64,000 nt of DNA from Schizochytrium sp. TIO01 (taxonomy: Eukaryota; Protista; Bigyra: Labyrinthulomycetes). Below the pieces are notes generated by a model. That model was not told the origin of the DNA. It made no database searches and was given only the letters and a program-made list of their open reading frames with translations. Position numbers and translations under genes: made by a program. Positions 57,887 to 64,000 of the stretch are shown here, piece after piece. Within the stretch, counting starts at the first letter, position 1. Every line of letters begins with the position of its first letter. The stretch covers positions 8,786,761 through 8,850,760 of the forward strand of contig SMSO01000031.1 in assembly GCA_004764695.1 (NCBI GenBank). Direction: 5' to 3'.

Positions 57887-60016
57887 TTACGACCATTGAG
57901 TGTGATGAGGGGCTTGGCGTTGAGGAGGAGGAGGCGGAGGAGGAGGCGGTGCCTGCCCATACTGACCATATTGTTGTACCCCATTGTAAGTTGAGCTCTG
58001 AGGAGGTGGAGGCGGCGGAGGTGGTGGCGTTGACTGTCCATACTGAGGGGTTCCGTTGTACAAAGTCCGCGGAGGCGGAGGGGGTTGCTGTTGCTGTTGT
58101 TGATACGGATAATTTCCGTAGCCCTGAGCAGCTTGCGAATGCGGTGGAGGCGGTGGGGGAGGGGGCGTAGAATTCCTCGTCGGAGCAGACCTCATTGGTA
58201 TGCTGCGATTGGATGCACCCCTTGCAGGAGGCTGTCGACTGGGCGCCTGTCGGCCAGGTGGTTGTCGTGCAGGCGGGGGGGGTGCTCTAGAAGGAGGTCC
58301 AGAGTGATGCGAAGATACGGATGACTGATGCGAAAGCGGAGGAGGTGGCGTTGAAGACGTTGAGCTTGAGTTCGAAGGCCGAATCTCTGGTTCGCCTTGA
58401 GGAACGTACGGTGCTGGCATCGGAATATGTGGCGCTCCATAACGAGGGTCCTGACTCTGCATAGGAGGCTGCGAGTTGTGATTCTGCGCATACTGGGGAG
58501 ACGGTGTCGGAGCCATAATGTGCGACGGGGGCTGCTGCTGCTGCTGGTGTGGAGACGGCACTGGTGGTTTGTAGGTTGGGTTCTGTTGGGGAGGAACTAC
58601 ATGTTTATTTTGGGTATCATCGTCGCCATGGTGGCGGTGGAACATGCCGGAGAACTTATGACGATGTATACCACTCGGAGGAGGCGTTTGAGACCTCGAC
58701 GAAGACCTTGACGAGGATCTCGGTACGGGGTTGGAGCCATCGTCGTTCATCGTAGCGTTGTGGCCGTAGTGAGGGTTCGCCATAGATACGTGGCGCCCCT
58801 GCTGGCTGCCTGCAGGAGGATGGTATCCAGCCCCAGCCATGACGTTGTTAGAGTATCCTGAGTGCTGCGCAGGTTGCTTGGGCTCGCGGCGCGAGTGAGC
58901 AAATTGCGGAGCTGCCATAATATTGGAGTGGTTTGAGTGTTGTGCAGCCTGCTTCGGTTCGTGACGAGAGTGATTGAACTGTGGTCCTGCCATCGAAAAC
59001 TTGTGCGGCTTGGGCTGCGCCTTTGCGACTGTGGGATCTCCGTTCTGAGCTCTTTGCTTACGAGCCATAGCCTTGGCTTGGATCTGGGCCATCATATCGT
59101 TCGCTGGTGCTGCAGGCTTGGGAGCAGCAGCAGCTGCTGCTGCTGGGGCTGATGATGGGCCTGGGTTTTCAGGCAGGTCAGACTTCTTGAGTTTATTTTT
59201 GTTAAAACCTTGGATGCTTGCAAGAAGCGGGTTTCCGCCGGCTGCTGCTGTAGCTGGAGGCGCGGGAGCTGCTTGGGGCTGCTGCTGCTGAATATGTTGA
59301 GCAGGTTGTTGTTGATATTGCTGGGAGGGTGGAGGCTGGTAAGCGGGAGCAGGAGCAGCGGGTGCAGGAGCAGGGGCTGAGGCTGCACCACTACCAAAGA
59401 AGTCTTGGGGCAAGCTCACACCGTCTCTCTGAGCTGCTTGAGCAACAGCTCCTTCAGGTAGCCCTGCCTTAAGCATCTTAGCGTACTTGTCAAATTGAGG
59501 ATTGCTTTGAGCTGCGGCCTGAGCTTGAGCTACGACACCTGAGGATGCAGAAGGAGCAGCTGCAGAAGATCCCATACCTCCTGAAGAAAAGAAGTCTGCG
59601 GGCAAGCTCACACCATCACGTTGAGCAGCCTGTGCTACAGCACCTTCAGGGAGTCCCGCCTTGACCATTTTATGGTACTTGGCAAAAAGAGCATTGTCTG
59701 CTTCGCTCGGAGGAGGCGGCATCGGCTGTTGCTGTTGTTGCGGCTGTTGTTGATATTGATGTTGCTGTGGCATTTGCTGGCCTCCTGGAAATCCAGGATT
59801 CTGTGCAGCATTCCCGGGTCCAGAGTTCTGCTCTCGAGGAGCAGAGATGTATCCTGAGGGTACAGCACCTTGGCTTCCAGATCCGTCAAGAAGTCTTGTT
59901 TCGGTCCAGCCGTCACCGCAGTCCTCGAGGAACTCCAAAGTTTGACCTTGGCGCACTGTCAAAAGAGACTGCGCAGGGTCTCCCTGAAAATCATACAGCA
60001 CGTCAACAACGCGCAT
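57887..60016 (-). CDS. SH3 + two KYxKMxKxGLPxGAV motifs + WH2, proline-rich actin-regulatory protein
   Basis: N-terminal SH3 (VLYDFQG...DGW...GAVPSGYI), two FxKYxKMxKAGLPEGAVAQAAQRDGV repeats, WH2 LLASIQGFNKNKLKKS and polyproline tracts. Confidence 0.88.
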   Translation of the reverse strand: MRVVDVLYDFQGDPAQSLLTVRQGQTLEFLEDCGDGWTETRLLDGSGSQGAVPSGYISAPREQNSGPGNAAQNPGFPGGQQMPQQHQYQQQPQQQQQPMPPPPSEADNALFAKYHKMVKAGLPEGAVAQAAQRDGVSLPADFFSSGGMGSSAAAPSASSGVVAQAQAAAQSNPQFDKYAKMLKAGLPEGAVAQAAQRDGVSLPQDFFGSGAASAPAPAPAAPAPAYQPPPSQQYQQQPAQHIQQQQPQAAPAPPATAAAGGNPLLASIQGFNKNKLKKSDLPENPGPSSAPAAAAAAAPKPAAPANDMMAQIQAKAMARKQRAQNGDPTVAKAQPKPHKFSMAGPQFNHSRHEPKQAAQHSNHSNIMAAPQFAHSRREPKQPAQHSGYSNNVMAGAGYHPPAGSQQGRHVSMANPHYGHNATMNDDGSNPVPRSSSRSSSRSQTPPPSGIHRHKFSGMFHRHHGDDDTQNKHVVPPQQNPTYKPPVPSPHQQQQQPPSHIMAPTPSPQYAQNHNSQPPMQSQDPRYGAPHIPMPAPYVPQGEPEIRPSNSSSTSSTPPPPLSHQSSVSSHHSGPPSRAPPPPARQPPGRQAPSRQPPARGASNRSIPMRSAPTRNSTPPPPPPPPHSQAAQGYGNYPYQQQQQQPPPPPRTLYNGTPQYGQSTPPPPPPPPPQSSTYNGVQQYGQYGQAPPPPPPPPPQRQAPHHTQWS

Positions 60017-61282
60017 CTCGCAATTATTTATCTAGAGATACTGTGACCCTGAATTAAGCTCGAAAACCCTTACACGAAGCTGCAAGATATCGTCCGTAAA
60101 AGCTCGGCACTTTCCGACGCACGTCCAGAGGTTTCTGAGGATAAGCTGCCCACAAGTTAAGTTAATGAGGCGCTAGCTCGAGATTTTGCGTTCACTCGCT
60201 TGCTGCCTTGCTACTTTGCTCGATCAATCGGTATCCCAGCCAGTACAGGTACGGTGGAGCCTGTGGAGGGGGGTTGGTTCTTTCGGTGACCGCGCTCCGT
60301 TCCTGGGCGGACTCGCTCAAGAGATTGGGGAATTGCAATCTGACGCGGAGCGATCGAGATTAGCTTCGGCTCAAGATTTCTTTCTTTCCTGCTATCAATT
60401 GTCTATTGATCTATTTAATGTCTACTTTCTGATTCACCTATTTTCCACTTGCGCTTCTGCCCCAAAGTGAGTTATACTTGGATAGCCTATAGTGTCACAC
60501 TCTGTCAATACTCGAAGAGGACTGACTAGGACTCACATAAGTCGCTTTATGCCCTTCGATGAAGATCTTCTCATCGAGCAGCGTTATGAATTGGTAACGT
60601 TGTAGAACAAAAAGGTCAAAGGTCAAGGGAGCGCTTTGCGGGGTCCACTAGATGATTGATTGCCGTCACCGCGAAAGTCAGCATTGGAGAACAATCTGCC
60701 ACCACATGCACCGGGGATAGGTGAGCGCCACGTGGCGTTTTAAGGCGCCAACACAGCAATGTAGCGCATTTCCTCCACGAGAATCACTCACTGGCACTGC
60801 GAGAACTTTGCTGCCGGGAAAACCCTTGCACTTATGCACTAAATACTACGCCCATAGGGAGTGTGATCCCGTCGCAAGAATGCCCTCTGTGCAGTATGAA
60901 ACTATCCAAAGACCGGGTCACGAATTGGAGAACTTGTAGAGCCAGATGTACTTTTCACGCGCAGATTTTTTTTACGAGTGCATACATGTCTTTTAATTAA
61001 AAGTGAAAAGAACTCTTATTGGTAAGAAAAGTTTTGACATGAATGAATGAATATGAATGAATGATTAATTACTCTTTTGTTTTTAGAAGCTGTCTTGTTC
61101 CGGCCCACAAAGCTTCTCAGAAGTCGCGTGGACGACTTTGACCACTTGGAGGTCTTCACCGTGTTTGTGGCAGGCCACAAGCAATAGAGGCTAAGTATCA
61201 AGAAGACACCACCTCAAGTCGTTTGCCACGGAGTTGATGAACGCAAGGCCATCCTCAGGAGCGCCATGTTTGCCTCATTGCT

Positions 61283-61518
61283 ACCGTTCTTCTCAAAATT
61301 TATGCTTTACTTAAACACTGTTCTTCTTAAACTTTACATGCTTTACTTAATTGCTGTTCTTCTTAAACTTATGCTTTACAGCTCAATCTTTTTCCTTCAC
61401 TTAGCCTGACTGACTCCTACTGTTCTCCTCAAACTTTATGTTCTTCCTGAACTTTATGTCTTGCTCAATGTTATTCACACTGTTCTGCTCAAAGTTTATG
61501 TCTTCTCAAAGGTTATGT
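61283..61518. repeat. Degenerate T-rich minisatellite (core CTGTTCTTCTYAAACTTTATG)
   Basis: About seven imperfect copies with irregular spacing. Confidence 0.75.
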
Positions 61519-61897
61519 ATTCATTCTACTTACGAGTACGAGAGAAATCATGAATCCTCACATAGTTCTTCCACGGAATAGCTCTATTTAGGCGTTCTGT
61601 TCTCATTGCGCTCACAATTTGGCACTCACCTTTACAGTAAAATTTAGCATTCACATAAGCGAAGGCCATTCTCGTCCCAATGCGAAGCCACTGTACCTTG
61701 CAAGAGAATGATGGTTGACTTCTCGTTTTAATATTCAATTTCGTTCATTCCGTCAATGGAGTCTAACTCAACTATCCAACTGGTCGATACATTCACTTGT
61801 ATTTGAAACACCGCACTTCAGTGACTGAGCATATGTTGGTAGTAGTCTCATATCTTTGATTGGAATAACAAAAGACTCATTGAGCAAATCCTGAATC

Positions 61898-62635
61898 ATG
61901 GCTCTTCAAGCTTCTCGCGTGCACGATACCTTAACCCGCCTTGGCTTTGCTCCTGCAAAAGCACAAACAGCGCTTGGGGACTGCCATCAAAACTGTCTCA
62001 AAGGAGGAACAGGCAGTGAAAGCGGAGTCCCTCGCACTGAAGACTTGGACGATTTAAAAGGTAAGGCCGTGGCCCACAGAGGGTTCATGGGACCCTCTGT
62101 CTACAGTTTCGGCGGCTGGGAGCAAGATGAAAATGCAATACTAGCTCGAGTTATCGTCGTGAGGCCCTCCCCTCGTGCTGATCGATATATTGTGTACGCC
62201 CAGGCGGTGAGGAGGTCGAGCTTTTGCGATTTTTTGCAAGATCTTGAACTCGCTCTTGAAAGTCGTGCAAATTCTGCTAAACTAGTTGCTAAGACTGCCT
62301 CTGGAATCGATGATGATTGCGACTCTTCAGACCTACCAGATGTTGAAGATGTCATTGGGTCAGGGCCAGTTAACGCAGTCAAGTTCCATGGTGATATTAG
62401 TGAGGCAAGGCTTCAGGCGCTAGTGGCCTCTCATCTGCTCCGAGGCGAACTTTCTCAAGGAGGCCGAGCTCACCGTAGCCTGCCTACCATGCCGCGGGCG
62501 CTATGGTTGCTTGTGGCAGATATGCTGGAGCCCACAGCGATTCGCGCGGTTCTTGCAACATGCCGTATCTGTCGTACGTGGCGTCAAGACCGCGTTTTAC
62601 GCCAAGCTCTCGCTGCACGTGCAGCTTCGACATAA
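61898..62635 (+). CDS. Hypothetical protein with a C-terminal F-box-like motif
   Basis: 245-aa ATG-initiated ORF. LPTMPRALWLLVADMLEPTAIRAVLATCRICRTWR resembles the F-box consensus. Confidence 0.55.
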   Translation: MALQASRVHDTLTRLGFAPAKAQTALGDCHQNCLKGGTGSESGVPRTEDLDDLKGKAVAHRGFMGPSVYSFGGWEQDENAILARVIVVRPSPRADRYIVYAQAVRRSSFCDFLQDLELALESRANSAKLVAKTASGIDDDCDSSDLPDVEDVIGSGPVNAVKFHGDISEARLQALVASHLLRGELSQGGRAHRSLPTMPRALWLLVADMLEPTAIRAVLATCRICRTWRQDRVLRQALAARAAST

Positions 62636-64000
62636 TGCTCTGCTATACCAGTGCTAGCTTGATGCATGGAAGATTTCATCTCTTCGTGGTTTGCTCATGA
62701 TCCCCTTCCCCTTCGCTGTTGGCTTATTGAATATAGCTGAGCGCTGAGCTAGCCTTTGGGGGCAAAGGAAACGCACTTCTCGCTGACTGGTCTTCTTCAC
62801 TCACCAGCGTACTGGTGAAAACATTCAGAATTTTTCTTTCTGAGTACTATTCACATACTTGGTTTACATCACCCAGGTAGATGTGTTTAAGTGTAATCTA
62901 TGACGCGTAGCATATTAGAGGATTAACAATTAATCGAAGCGGTACTTGCGAAGCTTGATTGTGAATGTCTTGATAAATCAAGCATTTTGATCCACAATAG
63001 CTCTGCAGGAAACAAGCGCTATTTTTGTTACATGTTTAATTCCTATGACTATAACTAATGAATAAATCAAATTTGGACAAATGATGAACCCATTATTATC
63101 TTATCTCTTAATGTTTTTAGAAGCCGGACTCCTCGACTTCTGTTGAAAATGAATTGCACTCTCTTTTTAATTGGTGTGCGTACACAAACCGAAAGATACT
63201 GAATTTCTAGTTTATAGCTGTATCCGATTTACGTAGGCAATACATAAATCTTATGAGTTATATTCCTGTAACTTGATCTTGACATCTTTAAATCAAATAA
63301 TTCTTGAAAAACCGCAGGTTTTCCCGGTGGTAGTTTGGCTCTTTTCTTCTTCTTTAAAGTCACTCTAATCGTAGAGCCCTTAGCGTGATTTCGCACCTAT
63401 CATCGCGTAAATTCTGCTCCTTCAGCGTTTTTGCCAAATTAAACTTCCCTCCGCCGCCTCCGAATACACTATTTGAGCCGCACCTTGAGACTACTTCATT
63501 GTACTATATATTCCAGCCTGTTCCGTTCCCACTCAATTATATAAAATCAAAAGAACACGAAGGAAGGTGAAGAACTTGAACTTCTGAAAGATAGACAACG
63601 CATCCAAACCTCAAGTCGCAAACCTTAAACTACAAAGTCCGAATCCCCGATCTGCAGAGTAGCCGCCGCAATGCCATCTGCAGATTCCTCTACCTCCTCG
63701 GCGTCCTCAAACCCTAGCTCCTGGGCTCTCGTCGAGGCTTTGGGTGCCGAGTGTCGAGCTGTGGGCAGTCTTGGCTTTAGCCCTTCGGAATGGAATGCTC
63801 GCGCAACACAGTTTCTGCAGCACGTGCCACTTCATGAACTGCTTGGAATGCTAGAATCTTCGAGCAAGAGCGGCGACTGGTCCAGAGTAGACCTCGTTGC
63901 TGATGTCCTGAGGCACCTGCTGCGAGCGCCTGTTGCTCAGGCCCAGCTCTCTGACGCTGGTCTGGCGCCACGACTTGCTCAGGGCGTACGGCATCCACTC

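Noticed and set aside
63600-64000. Possible gene end at the window edge (minus strand)
   Set aside because: Stops occur in the candidate frames and there is no recognisable motif; it cannot be called without the adjacent sequence.

Overview
Eukaryotic nuclear DNA with long, apparently intron-free genes separated by microsatellite-rich, gene-poor blocks. Gene style and content suggest a stramenopile protist, possibly a thraustochytrid (inference only). About 17 protein genes are recognisable: MMADHC/CblD, PP2C, GNB1L/ASA1-like WD40, PhoD phosphatase, cytochrome b5-fused alpha-hydroxy acid dehydrogenase, a divergent mitochondrial-carrier-fold protein, a Cys-less pentameric ligand-gated channel, a RING-H2 protein, an MSS51-C-like protein, a YANK/STK32 kinase, a MORN-PHD-PB1 protein, MTFP1, a Nudix hydrolase, an SH3-WH2 proline-rich protein, and others. 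Three observations stand out. (1) A proteobacterial-type tRNA-Gly(TCC) with a U73 discriminator that carries a canonical eukaryotic 37/38 intron and Pol III signals (40629-40722). (2) A Crinkler-like toxin/effector locus with duplicated SAM-like headers, a restriction-endonuclease-fold domain and a kinase, split by a frameshift (8174-10961). (3) Two decayed copies of an unidentified AT-rich coding element about 41 kb apart, one with a 328-bp internal inversion. No CRISPR array, rRNA or intact transposase was found. All protein assignments come from motif recognition, not database searches.
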